A stretch of 64,000 nucleotides of DNA from Schmidtea polychroa (Eukaryota): NCBI GenBank assembly GCA_044892525.1, contig CM097885.1, forward strand, positions 28,522,001 to 28,586,000, written 5' to 3'. The notes below the pieces were generated by a model that was given only the letters and a program-made list of their open reading frames with translations, had not been told where the DNA came from and searched no databases. Below, one piece after another: positions 41,301 through 55,672 of the stretch (its first letter is position 1; each line of letters begins with the position of its first letter). The translations under genes and the position numbers were made by a program.

Positions 41301-43741
41301 TTGAAACAATAAATTTATAGCCTGGTTATCCTATGCCTAACATCAGTGGACAGCCTATAGATCTAATGAGGAACACAAGTGTTCCTTATTCAAATCCATT
41401 TTCACAAGGTCCGTTAATGCCTAATTATCATCCTGCGGGGGCAATGCCTAGACATAGGTTTATGGGAAATCCAGCTTCTTCACTTGGAATAGTTCATAGT
41501 CCAGGTCCTTCTGGAACTCCCCAAGCAGGTCCTCAGATAATGGCTAGTCCCAAAGATAGTTTACAAAATGAGTTACAGCAAAACAATCCTGGTCAAGATC
41601 CATTTGGACCCAATGGTTCATCTAGGAGCCCATCTCATGTAATTTCTCAACCTGCTCCAGCATTTCCTCCACCACCAGCTTCACAGAGCAATTCAGATCA
41701 ACAAAATCTATCTGGTATGTTGAATGGTCGAAACGGTGGACCACAAATGCCTCAGTTCTCACAACATCAGTCTCATACTATGGAATATATGCCGTCTTCA
41801 GGAATGAATTTCGAGCCGCCAGTCTCAATGAAGCATTCACCCCAGTTACATAATCCAAATATGGAAGCCATTGCAACTATGGGAAATAATATCGCCGATT
41901 ATTGCAACCCGATGCCTCCAAACGGTCCTTCATTTTCAGAGCATGCAATGAGAGTTAGTCAGTCATCAGTATCAATGGGTGTTCAGCCTATTTCACAGCT
42001 CCATATGATGCATCAAGGAATCGGTTCACATCATGCATCGCTGAATATGCAATCCATGCCAAGAGGACCGTCCAATTCTGCACAGTTTATATCTCAACAA
42101 GGAGGTTCTGTTAATGCCAGTCCTCAACAAGGAGGTTCTGTTAACGCTAGTCCTCAATTCCCAGTAAGTTTTCACTATAAATTTCCTGTTAATTTCTAAT
42201 TGTCAATCTAGCATCATTGGTAAAACTTATTCTAATGATTGTTTATCATTAGTATCTATAAAATAAAATTTATGCTATTAAATCGTGTTTTTATAGGTGT
42301 TTTTATCATTTTTATTTATTAATATCGATATTTTAATCTGTGGTGTATTATTGATATGCATTTCGAACATTTCCTGTTTCAACCAATCGAATGCCTTCAG
42401 TGGAATTATTTACCCAGTGCTCAGTGCCTGTGTTTACTGCATTATTTTAAAGAAACTTTAAGAAGTTTGCACCTATTGTTGCGATTCAATAATTATTTTC
42501 CACTGCTATTATTTGTCCAAATATTTCCAGGAAATTATGAAGAAGGAATATTTTCAGAATATATATTAAGCTTGGAAACGAATTTAAATGAGAGAGGCAT
42601 TCATATATAATGCCACTTGAAACAACTGCAAAAAATACGAGCAGTTATTAAAAAGCACAATACGTTGCCAGAATTGATATAGCGCAATTTTGAAGTAATT
42701 GATAAGTTATAAAAAAATTCACTAGAGCTAGCTGTGTAGTTTCACAGTTGATAAACCCTATCAATTTTGATAATTTGTCGCGGCACACAGGTTGGGAAAC
42801 ACTGCTGTATATACAGTCGTGCCCGCTTAAATCGGATTTGATAGGAATGTCACAATTCATACGACTTATAAAAATCGTATAAAAATCGATTGTTTTTGCC
42901 GTATTATTTGTTGATCGTTGATTTAATATAGAACTTTTCATTTCATTGCTATGATAATAGTTTATATCAATACTGGAACTTAAACAATACTGGAATATAA
43001 AAAAGGAATATAAAAAAACAACAAAGTCCATAATTGATTAAATTTACTCACTTCATCTACGAATGAGGACAAAAGAAAAGATTGTTTTAGGTGAATGGTT
43101 AACTTCCAATATCGCAGGTACCGGCAATTGATCAATTTCGTCTTCCAATTCATTCCTATTGTTATCTTCTGTTTATTTATTAAAACAAACTAATTATCAA
43201 ATTAATAATTACAATTAATAATACCATTACAACTGGCTGTGAATGTGTACAAAAAAATCAATAAGGCGGGCTCGACTGTATCAGAGAGGGGAGGCGGAAT
43301 AATAAAATTATTATTGTTTTAAATTTTTTGCGTGTATATTGAAGTATAATTTTTTGATTTTACAATGACTTTTATTTTTGAAGCTTATCCATTTCCTGGA
43401 GTTTTCCTGGAACCTATCTACCGCTTAAATACGCATAATAGGGATTTTTTTTAATTCACAAAAAGTTTATTGATAAATATTCAATTTAGGCTCTAAACAA
43501 ACATATTTAAGATAAATAATGTAGTAATTTACTTTAAATTAATTTTTATCCACAGCACGAAAATGTAACAATCGAGATTTATATCAATATTTTCTATATC
43601 TGTAAGTGTATTTATTTGCTAGCTATGTTGAGCAGATGTTATTATTATTATTATTATTACTGCTATTATTATTATTATCATTATTATTGCGTTATTACCT
43701 TTCAGGATTACGGATTCACATCGATGTCACAAGCTATCTGA
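38392..43741 (+). CDS. SSBP3: SSBP2/3/4 (SSDP) family gene, copy 2. Exons 38392-38447, 38492-38564, 38615-38676, 38726-38819, 38873-38911, 39797-39952, 41321-42163, 43706-43741
   Basis: Mirror of copy 1 with intact splice sites and frame; one visible amino-acid difference (HPVG vs HPAG in exon 7). Confidence 0.9.
42814..43278. mobile_element. Tc1/mariner-pogo-type non-autonomous element (duplicate of 6985-7449)
   Basis: TA-CAGTCGTGCCCGC...GCGGGCTCGACTG-TA. Confidence 0.75.
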
Positions 43742-46700
43742 CAAAACTATGAGTGAGTGAGTGAGTGAGTAGACGCGCGTGCACATCAGTTGAGGCCAGC
43801 GTTAAACTGTATAGTGTTACATAAAATATAAATTGTATATAATCATGCAGTACAGTTGGATCAATAAATGTGTAGACTTTTATATATATGAATTTCGTTT
43901 TTTTGTGTAGACTTATTTTCATTAAATGTGAATAATAATATAATTTTTTATATTAATTATGACTAAATAATTAATAATTGTTTTTTTTTGGGTTTTTTTA
44001 AAAATATTTTCTCATTGTTGAAACTGTTTAATAATGACATGAAATTTACTCGAATCATTTCTGATAGAGGATCATTTTCATTTTCTATGCAGTATTTATT
44101 AGTTGCGATATAGATTATGAAGCTTTTTTACGGTGAAGTTATTATCGCAGTTTTTGAATTATACAAAATGGATGTATTGAAGAAATAAATTTATTTAATC
44201 TTATACTGATTGGCTTTTCGTATGCCATGTGATGGTACAAACTTTGACATTATTTGCAAAAAATATTTTATAAATTTTAATTAGACTTAATCAATACATT
44301 AAAAATGTATTTGTGTGTGAAATTTTTATTAAAATATGTTAAAAATTATAAAAGATATTAAATATTTAAAAAAATAATTTTTCAATGTTTTTGTTTAGCA
44401 AAAATTGAATAGTATTTAGGAAAACCAGTCAGCACTCAAATGGTTAAATATTCACCGCAGTTAATGAAGGTGTTAAGAATGATAATTAACTGAAACAATG
44501 GTCATGTTATTAATACGCGTGCTATAGGGATTCGTTAACTTATTTGTGGTGTATTCCAAAGGCTCCAAATTGAATCTCCAAATTCTTATAGTGGTCGTCA
44601 GTTGACATCTTTTCCCTATCAGCACTTATTGATTCTCTTGTGACCATTCATTTTTTAAGTTTCCTCTATTTTTGTAACATAAGGGAGGTACACTTATTTG
44701 TAGTTGTTCGAAAACAGAGGTAAGCAGCGGTTGCAGACCGATTTGGATAAGTTAGTCCCCAGTTTGATAGTTAAATCCAGAATTATATACTTTTGGAATG
44801 GTCAGATCAGTGACATTGTTCAACAGAGCCTATGAAAGTGGTTCCCCCTGTTTCACCTAAAAACAAAAATGAAGGTGATTGATTATGGTTATGTAAGTCT
44901 GCCAGCTTTAGTGAAATCAGACTCTTCAGTAGATATAAAATAAAATTAACTATTCTTTTCAATATTCTTTCCAAAACAAATATGGACTTTTACAATAATG
45001 GACTTTCACTAATTAATTTCAGATCCATTTATTCACATAGATCAAAATTGGGAGTACATACGATTTCTGTCTCAAGTTCGAACAAAACTAGAGCTCATTC
45101 CCTTAACATAGACAGATTCATAATACTAATAGGAAAGATGAATGCAGTAATGTCGCCAATAGCGTAATTTTTGTTATTACAGTTGACCTTAGGGGTGTGC
45201 CATTTTATTTTTAAAGGTGTTCGGGGTACTTATAGATGTTGAATCGACTCCTTCCTAAACACCTTCATGATTATTGTGCTTATACCATCTGTGTACCCAT
45301 GAAAGTTTCTAGAAAGTCTTACGTCATTATCTATTCTAGTGTTACATTATCGTTGTCTTAATTTACCTGTGGTCCTCATTCTGGATGTTTTCTAATGTTA
45401 ATTCAAATGTTTTACGCAGGGATCCGCTCTTATTTTTCTGTTAGTAGATGTTGCTCTGTGTTTTCTGTAATATTTGTGAATATGTAAATTATCCTTAAAA
45501 AAATTTTAAAAACCATTAGCTAACAAATCACAATCATTTTTGTTGTTAAAAAATGTTGCTCCATACTTTCCATAATATTAAAATTATTCTGAAATTTCAA
45601 TCAGTATTTATACTGATTTTGACTGTGCATCCATGCATTTTCTGCCATTAGATACAATCAGAATGCAATAACATTTGAATTACTTTTGTATGCATGCATG
45701 ATTGTGTGTAATTATTTATTTTTAATTTAATTGGTTTAATTATTTAATTTAATTTTTATTAATTTCAACAATTTAATTTTGTTCATTTTATAATTTAAAT
45801 AATGTTAACTAATTTTATTTTAATTATTAGTATTTTTAACAATTTAATTTTATAATCTACTTAATTCCAACTAATTTTATTTTAATTTTCATTATTCCAT
45901 CAGTTCTACTGAAGTTTCTTTTGTTTCAATTTTTAAATGTATTTATTTCTTTATTTTATTTCATTTACTTTTTAAATAAATTTTTCCTGCTCCTTTTCAT
46001 AAAGTAAGCACTCATTGTCATAGCTCCTTCTTATGTAAATCCGAGCCATAACATCCCTAATTATTTCAATTATGGTCCTTTGTATGTCAATATGACCATT
46101 AATCCTTCTTAAAATTTCTTTTCATATTATTAATTAATTTATTATCAATTATTTTATTTATTATTTTTTTATTTTCTAGTTGCGATATTTCTCTTAACTG
46201 TGTTGGTGATTGTAACTTTTTGCGTTTCTTGATTTTATTATACATGTTTTATTTATTCTAAATGTGTTTTGTACTTTATTTTGTATTATTTGGTGTATAA
46301 TCATGAATTTTAATGCAACTTGGTTTGGTTTTTATGTTATGTATTTTCGATTCATGAAAACAAACTCTCAATCGGTTCTAGCCCAACATTATCATTAGCT
46401 AACAAATCACAATCATTTTTGTTATTAATTGTATTTTTACCATTTTATTTAACGATAATATATTTAAATTTGTATTTAACTGCTATTATTATTTCATTAT
46501 TATCTTTATTATTCTGATGAGGTATCAGTGAAATGTGACATTTACAATTATTGATGACTCCATATCGTACCTGGTATACAATAATGAAAAATTCCAGACA
46601 ATATGAACTTTTATTGGCTAGTACAATTAATTAACAATTTACGACAAAACATGATTCAGTATTGCAACCGAAGTAATTGAGTGCTTATTACAACTCTTCT

Positions 46701-47554
46701 AAATTTAGAAATCGATCTAATTGCTTTCCTTATTTTATAAATTAAAGTTAATAATTCACACTTTTGTTGGGTTATTGAGTTGGTGATAAATTTAAATGTT
46801 ACAATAACTCCAAACGTCTCTTTATACGATCCACAAATAACACTTGACAACAGAAATCTTTATTGATAATCACAAATAAACTTTCACTTTACACTGATAA
46901 TCAATTCAACACTCTGCTTGGTAACTATACCATGCTTATTACAACACTCAGTGAGGAATTGAACTTGCGTATAACACCGGATTTAAAGATCACAAATTAC
47001 TGATTGGTTTATCAACTGGGACTTTGAGCTGGTTGTTTTCTTTGACTTTCTTCACAAATTTATTCAAATACTCAAATAACTTCTTTTCGTTTAATTTTCA
47101 ACAAATTCTTTTCTTCAAATCTTCTCCAATAATTAATCTTCACAATTATTTTCTTTACAATTCTATTCCACAAATTGTTTCTCCAATAACGTTTCGTTCG
47201 ACGTTGTCTAATTTTTCTCTAATAATTTTATCTCTCAAATTGTCTCTGAAATTTTTTCTCAAATTGTCTCACGAATTGACTCACAAACTGTCTCTCAAAT
47301 CCTAATTAAAATAAATGTCTATTTTGACTGACAATTATTTCTTTTCTTTTCTTTCCCTTCTTTTTGGTTATGTTTCAATACTCAACTTAGAAATAATAAC
47401 ATTGAATAACTACTATTTATTATATTTTTTAATGATTAAATATATTAAAAAGCTTGTATATGAATTACTAAATATATCGATGTTTTTGATATTCACGACT
47501 TTTGGGTATTGAGCATTTTCTGTCTAGCGTGAAAAGTGATGATGAATATGATAG

Positions 47555-48378
47555 ATGGATTGTGAAATTGAAGAACTAGGTAGTGAAGAAGAGAATGCAG
47601 AAGGATTATCTGATAGTCTCAGACTTTGGGGATACAATCCTAATTGGGTCCCTAATTATCATGATTTTACTGAAATTAATAACAGTGGGATAACAAATGC
47701 AAATATTAATATAAATTCTACGCATTTAGTAGTTTTTGAAGAGCTGTTTAATCATAACGATTTTATTAGAGAAGTTAGAGGAAGAATCGAACAAATATTT
47801 TCAATTTTTGAAAAATAATAAGCAATTCTCAAAAGCCACAAATGAATAAAAAATAAGTTTAAGTGCTTTATTGGGTTACCTTTACTGATGGCTAGAAAAA
47901 AAACCTTAAAGAGGGAGAGTATTTGTCAACTCATCAATTGCTGAAAACACCAATATTAAGCACAATAATGAAAAGACAGGTGGTTTTTTATTATGAAAAT
48001 TTTGTATTTTTGTAAAATGACGAAAAAAGTGAAAATTACCTGTCGGCGCACTGAAGAGCTCATTCCAGAATAATTTTGTTCCATATCAAAATCTTTGTAT
48101 CGATAAGAGTGTTTTGCATTTTAAAGGTAGGGTTACATTTAAACAATATATATCTTCGAAATGTAATCGATTCGATGTAAAATTATTTCTGTTATGTGAC
48201 TGAATACATTTTAAATGTTATTATATATACTGGTTCAACAACTGAAATCGTTAAAAATAAACCGGAACTTGGAAAATTTGGTCAAATTGTAATAACATTG
48301 ACGGACAATTGTTTGGAAAAAGGACATTCGTTATTTGTAGATAATTGGTACACGAGTCCTTTATTATTTACATATTTG
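47555..48378 (+). pseudogene. Decayed piggyBac (PGBD4-like) transposase
   Basis: LCIDKSVLHFKGRVTFKQYISSK..RF, IIYTG, GHSLFVDNWYTSPLLF; multiple stops and frameshifts; truncated at ~48380. Confidence 0.85.
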
Positions 48379-48379
48379 C

Positions 48380-48706
48380 ATAAGATAGAGAGCAGGCTCT
48401 GCAACAGGTCGAGCGACTTCAATCCAGCATCAACAAGTTTAAAGAACGCTTCCGGAACATGGAGCAAACTTGGTTTCGTCCCGAAGTGGTGCACAAACAT
48501 TTAAAGCAGATCGAGCAGTTGCAGCTCCAGAGCGCTCAGGAAAAACTGAAATACGCGCCCTGAAATTACAGATGCGGGCCATGGAAACGAGGTTAAATCA
48601 GATGTCTATCGACGAATACGTCACGGCAGCCATCCGACCAATGACTACGGAACTGGCTGAAATCCACCCACCCAAGCCCAATTTGCAGGAATTAATTTAT
48701 AAATAA
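48380..48706 (+). pseudogene. Unknown coiled-coil protein family B, copy 3
   Basis: DREQALQQVERLQSSINKFKERFRNMEQTWFRPEVVHKHLKQIEQLQLQS..IRALKL..VTAAIRPM.ELAEIHP closely matches 2112-2504; one frameshift. Downstream 48700-48805 also matches 1985-2090. Confidence 0.6.
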
Positions 48707-49807
48707 AAATGTAAAATTTTAATGTTAAAGTCATACATGACGGATGTTGAGGTTGAGCGATAGGTTCTGCGATTTTGGAAAACAATAGAGTCAAGGGACC
48801 AATGACGAGAAATAATCAGTAGCCTCACTGCACAATACCTTATCGAAATAGTTACTCAGTCAAATTGGAACGCAAGGGCTAGAAAATTAAAAAGAAAATT
48901 TAACAAAATCATAGACTTTATTGCAAAATCATTTCAGTCACTGTAAAAGTCTTACCGATAATGTGGAAAGGTAAATGAAAAACGGGGCCTTTTTAAATTC
49001 CCCCTCGGGTCCAATTTGTTATCCTAAATTCCCACTGCACGTACATGCATAGATCCAAAATTTTGACGAACAAAAATTTCCAACTAGACGCCTCAAAAAT
49101 TGGGTAAATCGACATATTTTAGACTACCATTATGCAACAAACGTTTCGTAAAATTATCCAACCAAACTTCACGCTTAGGCTGGAGTTATTGAAGATAAAA
49201 TTTTTAAAATTAAACGAATTAGAAATTTAAAATATTAATTACCCGTCCCATTAAGATGACGATGAAGCTACTTACAACCTCTACGGCTAGGAATTGCTAG
49301 GAACCGAATATAACCAGCGGTACGTGGCAATATCCCTCCCCGTAGTGGATCCTAGCAGCACAGTTCAACCGAATTTAAAAGAGATTTTTTTAAAATAATT
49401 TTTTAACATTAAATTAACAAATTAAATTTTTTGACTAAGTTAAACAACAGTAGTTTGAAACTTAAGATTAGAAATTTTTGTAGTTTTATTTACTAGTTTT
49501 AATTTATTAACTCTTAACTTATTAAATCTGAACTTATTAGTACTTAGTTTATATATATTAGTTTATATATTTTTTAATTTCTAATTTTCGAATCCCCTTG
49601 AGTTCAGTTGAAAAGTCAAAATCTGGAAACTAATTCGCTACTTAAACACATCTTAATCACAAAATTCATTGTCTGTAAGTTTGATGCGTGTTACACTTGA
49701 GGTTGGAATGTAAAATTATGTTTAAACGTCCCTGGTTAATACGAACCCAAATGGCTGAACGGAGGTCCGTTATGAAATGCTTTAATATCTCTCTTATCGT
49801 TACAGAT

Positions 49808-50233
49808 ATGCCCAACACTAGACAAAGAAATGCACAGGCCGGTCCCTCACCAACCGACCCGAGCCATGGAACAACCTAAGAGGAGGTGGAAGACACTACC
49901 AGTCTGGACCGAGATGAAGAGATAACCCGGCTAAGGTCCCGGTGGATATGGTATTGTATCCACGATTGGACCTACCAGAATGTGATCCCTGTGACTCCGA
50001 AGGTGGAACCATTTATCAACTCCACCTCCATAGCCCTGACAGAAGCGTTCGAGAGTATCAAAACAGCCTTGAACCGACTACAAAGGTTAGAAAACGATAC
50101 TGTGGCCGGTGAACTGGAGGACATAGATGGGTATGCCAGGCTGCCGTGCTACCCAAAACGAACCGCCGCTATTCGCCGCGGCGTGGAACGCTCGAGGAGC
50201 CAATCACGTAGCCGGTGCTTAACGGAAACGTAA
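49808..50233 (+). pseudogene. Unknown protein family A, copy 2
   Basis: Shares the TRLxSRxIWxxIHxW motif with 2775-3161; in-frame stop at 49877. Confidence 0.4.
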
Positions 50234-52395
50234 ATCATAAAATCAAAACACATCTGAATTTCAGAAGTTCCCTTTTTTGGCACACATACTATTGGTGAAT
50301 TCCAAGGTGATTCGCATTTCTCTATGATTTTATTTTCTTCTAGGTTTTTAATAATTTCCTCTAGTTTTTCCTCATAATGCATTAGTTGTCGCCGCGTCTT
50401 AATTGGTATTGGATTGCAATTAGTTTCTATTCTGTGCTTTAAAATATCTGTTTTGCCTATATCCATTTTATTATATATAAAAATATCTGAGAATTCAACA
50501 ACTATTTCATATATCAGATTGCATTTTTTTATTTTCAATATTTCATTCATAAATTTTTTTTTATATTTACTTTTAAATTATTACCAAATTTTGCTTGCAA
50601 ACTGAGGACATTTTCATTACAAAATTCAACTAACTTAATATTTAAAGAATTCGATATATCTATTCCTACAATTACTTCTGGGTATATTTCCTTAGCAACG
50701 AAAAATTCTCCAGTTATTTCTTTATTGTTAAACTCTAAACTTAGAGAAACTTTCCCTAAAATCCCTAACATACTACCGTTTGCGCATGATTTCTTTCTAT
50801 TTCCTTCATTAAAAAATTTTAAATTCAATTTTTCAGCAATCGATTGGGATAAAACACCTATTTTTGCTCCTGTGTCAAATAATGAAAATTCACATTATTT
50901 AATCAACCATTATTAAATGGTCTACCATCTACATTACAATATCCTATATCATATATATCTTTAATAACATTAACACTCGGTAATTTTAATTTTTCATTAG
51001 ATATATTTGAAAAACAATCATTTTTATCACAATCACTCACAAATATACAGTCATTCGCATGTTGTTCAGTATTACAATTATTAATTAAATAAAAATCAGA
51101 ATCAAGTTTTTGATTGGGGAAAAAATCAACATTTAGATTATCAAACAAACGATCAACCAAACAATCATTACATTCAGCATTTAGGGTCCTCAAAAAATTA
51201 TCATTGCTTACATGTGATTTATCGCTCCTAACATATCCCCTCTGTTTGGAGCTTTGTCATTTCCCGATATTTCTGATTGTCTATCATAGTCGTTCGGTTC
51301 GTCATCATATACTGCAGCTACGTTTTCTCCATTGTTTATATCATTTTCTTGATTAGAATGTCTATTGTATCGATTGAAATCCCCATGGTTTTGATTCGAA
51401 GTTCTTTGCAATCTCATTTCGTACTGATTCTGTTTTTGAAAACACTGAAAACTTAAATGACCTGCTTTACCACAACACGAACATCGAATATTTGGGCATT
51501 CCCGGCGAATATGACCAATTTCATGGCATGCGTAACATTGCACTTTTGAATATTGATCTGAACTTTGATTTTGATAGCAGTTTCTATTTTGAGGTCATTC
51601 ACTGAAATTTCTGTTGAAATTTCTTTGATAATCTCGTCTTTGATGAGCTCGTCCTTCTTAGAATTGATTTCTTTGTAATTTTGAATATTCATTTTTGTTA
51701 CCACTTTGATTTCGCTGATTTCCATAATTATTTCTTTTCTCATTATTATTGTATCGAGCGTTTTTCACAATTGACGCGTATGGGGTATTTCCAACGGCTG
51801 AAACTTGTTGTATCTTGGATTTATCTTCATCCATTTTCTGTAAAATTCTTTTAATATATTTATTTGCCATTGGACATTTTTGTACTGGCTCTCCATCATG
51901 TCTTAAATCTTCTTTCGATAATTTTACTTTCAGTAAATCTTCCGTAATCTCATATCTTTTTATTTCACGTTTTTCTTCTTCATTATCAAGGCAATGTTTT
52001 AAGAAGAACGTTGTCGAATTTGACATTGTTAGCTTCTGCTTCAAGATTTTCTGAACACCTTTCTCAATCTTACTGATGTAAGTTTCTGCATCATCTTCTT
52101 TTTTTCGATAATTTAGCAGCTTTTCCAAATCCTTAGCTAAATCCAAGTTGTCTTCGAATGCTAATCTGAGCCTATTCGCATAATCTTCTTCATCTGGAAT
52201 TTTGTCATATTTGTTGCGGCAATTTTTATCCAAATAAGCTCGAACAATTACTTTTCTTTGACTATTGTCTAGCTGAATAATTGAAAAGTATGATTCAATC
52301 TTCTCAATAAATTTTTCCAAATCATCTCCGATTGAATAGATTTTCGGTTGTGGGAGAATCCGTAATAATTCCTGGGTTGAAAGCGTGGTCGCCAT
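50232..52395 (-). mobile_element. Degenerate 3'-truncated Ty3/gypsy element (gag, protease, start of RT); LTR extends rightwards from 52395, far end not located
   Basis: Gag MATTLST with CYACHEIGHIRREC and CSCCGKAGHLSFQC, protease FDTGA, RT start PWNSPIVCVPKK..MCFDF; several frameshifts. Confidence 0.88.
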
Positions 52396-55341
52396 GTAAA
52401 GAATAAGAATAATTGATAAATTACAAAAACTTTATTTAAGAAATTGTGGTACTATTTATAATATCCGTGTGTCGAAACCAACACAATCAGAAATAGCTTT
52501 TTGTGAAATAGTAATCAGTGACATAATTTGAGGACCCAGACAATCAAAAATAATAAATCACCCATGTAGGCATTACATAATATAGGGTAAAGTTTAGGGA
52601 AATCAAATATCCCATTATAATTACATCACACATACCATACGTTAGTCACTCTATTCGTTCTGTGTATCTTTGGGTGTACTATTATTCAAATTCTTTTCAG
52701 TAGACTACCGCTGCGCTTGGAATAATATTCTGTCGGTAATTTATATCTCAACCCCAATTTAGGACAAACGATATATCTGTATTAGTTCGCAGTTCGTGGT
52801 CTATAATCCCACGCCTTCGGTTTCAATACCTCTCACCCTATACGGTTGCCAGTACTCATTCATAGTCCCGCATGCTTCACACACTCTATGCTCTACAAAC
52901 CTTTGAAAATTGGCCTAATAATTTCACCACAATTGATATTTCATTTAAAATACTAAATTTAGTCATCAACGATCAAAGAATAAATTCAACCACACATAAT
53001 ATTTTATATATAATACAAACTTTCGTCCCTAAAGAAGAATACAAGGATACAAGAAGAATACAACAACTAATATTTTATTTAAAATACCAAATTTCATTAC
53101 TAAAAATCCAAAATCACAATGTAACAACCACTAATTAATTTATTTAAAATACTAAATTTCACTACTGAAGATCGAAAAAACACAATTTATCAATCACTAA
53201 TATTTTATTTAATATTTTATTCATCTTCTATCTTCCTTGGTCTCTGTTTCAAATCATTGCGTCTTGGCATTGATGTGAACTAAATAAGAATTCAAGTTGA
53301 TGGTATGTGTGGGTATGTGTGCGTCGATTTGCATATACCGATTTATGATATGATCGATAATGGCGCCTGACAACCATACGCCATGATTGTGTGTACCTAT
53401 CAGCCATACATCCGATTTTGTTCACGTGTCATCACATATCCACATACTATCTCATACCTACACACCATCTCATACCTGCAAATATCCTCTATTTTCATAC
53501 ATGTCCAAAACTTCCCCGGCTCTGATTTTAGTTCTATAGAATTTAAGGGAAAATCTTTGCACAACCAAAAAATAATTTTAAATTCCCCTCATTCTAATTT
53601 AATAAATTGCAAATTTCATTTCATTTTATTTTTACACAATGTGACGTACAGTTTTATATTGGGTTTTATATTACCTCATGGTATAAGCTGTCAATATTTA
53701 ATGTTATTTCTTGTCATATAGATCTTATTATCACACTAATCGTCCATGTTAGATCTGGACTTAATAAAGACTTAATTGGATTTACTTAAAATTGTTAGAC
53801 AGAATTCCGTATAATTTTAATGATAGAGATTAAATTAGATTTAAAAAAAATTATTCCTACCCAGACGAGTTAATTTTAGTTAATTTGAATTTAGTTTAAG
53901 TATTTTACCTCAATTTAATTCCAGGATTAATATGACTTGTCTGGTGTTTAATTACATCATGGCGTAAATTAAAATACATTATTATGGTTTATAATTTAAA
54001 AGCCTTTTTAATTTGTTATTCGAGCAATGTTATGCGACTCTGATGGAAAAATTCAATTTTGCTGGTGATTTTCGAGCTGTTAGTACCCCGTTATACGCGT
54101 ATGTTGTCACCTCGCTTTCACTAAGCAAGATTGCATGCTTCAGCTTATTCATCGGCCATTAAAAATAATGTAAGTGTTGTTCATATTTCAATTACATTAG
54201 TACAAATGATATTTCGATACTTTCATGAAATAGTCATTAAGATCTTTCTTTTGCTTAGGGGTTTCTCGATAAGGTGGAAAGTTAGAATTATTCACTGACT
54301 TCAAGTTATTTTACCTAATTCTCTAGTACAGATGTTACGAGTTTCCGATTATTTGCCTGACTGTTTACGAATATGGCCTCTAGATTTGTTGAATCCATTT
54401 ATTACTTTTTCAATGATTAGCTTTTATTTCGGGATAGATGATTTTATGTGGTTTTTAGTCAATTTCTATATCCTTAGTTGGTTTATTTTTGTCATAAAAA
54501 TTTATAACATTTTTTTGTGTCTTTGAGTTATAGTCACCGCTTTTATTCAATCAACTTTTATTACTATAATTCAATTATATTGACGTAAATTTTAAACAAT
54601 CCTTTCCGCTTCATTTTAGTGTAGATGATTTTAGTTTGCTTCAACTTATTTCTGAAACTCTAATTTGCTTTACCCTAACGTAAACATTGATAAATCTCGT
54701 TGTTAGATAAATTTTGACCCTTCATTTGGTGTAGATGATCTGTTATTTCAGTTAATTGAGACTCATCTTAATTGTACTTGGAAAATGTCATGCTTTTATA
54801 GAGAGGACCTATTTTGTATAAATTTTCAAGACCAAGGATCTTTATTTACTTGGAAATTTTCATGCTTTTTAGTAATAATTAGTAGGGTATTGTGTGGGAA
54901 CAAAGACATATGACGTCATACCCCCCGGGGGAGGGGGTACTTTTTTTTTAATTAAAAAAAAATTTTTTTTTAATATATTACGTTGCGGTATTTTAAAATT
55001 TATATTACGTTGCGGTATTTTAAAAACTTATTTTGACGAAAAAGTTGACAAAATTATTATTACACACAATATAGTCTATCAGACAAGATATTCTGTCACA
55101 CACACAAGGTATAAAAAATATTATTAGTGTCCACACACGCAACAAGTTAGTGTTCTCATCGATAGCTATTGATACATTATTATTAATCTATATACTCCGA
55201 GTCTATCCGACAAAATATTCTGTCCCCTTATGGGTACTGCTCACAAGGGTACTGGTCACGCTCAACAACTCGCAAGGGTACAATGATATTATTAAACAAT
55301 GTAATAAAACACATATTTTCTAAATTTATTATTATTATTAA

Positions 55342-55407
<66 letters not shown>

Positions 55408-55672
55408 GGGTACTGCTCACAAAAGTAAAGGTCACAAAGGTAAAGGTCACAAATGTACTGCTAAAAATATTCAAGACAAAACATTAACAAAGAAATTATA
55501 CTTTAAATATATACTAAAATTTATTAACACACTGGGTAAAGGTCATAAAGGTAACTAACAAAACTTTAACATATTATTATTACACACAATGTATAAAAAT
55601 TGTTCACAAAGTTACTTTTAAAAAATATTCAAGACAATATGACTAATACATTTATTAAATAATTTAAACACA

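Larger units (their letters stand above)
36057..45590. repeat. Right arm of large inverted duplication
   Basis: Reverse complement of the left arm. Has a private 363-bp segment at 40327-40689 and lacks left 4402-5166. Confidence 0.93.

Noticed and set aside
43091..43117. Candidate extra SSBP exon (ttttag..caggta)
   Set aside because: In-frame TAA in the required phase, and it lies inside the Tc1-like element.
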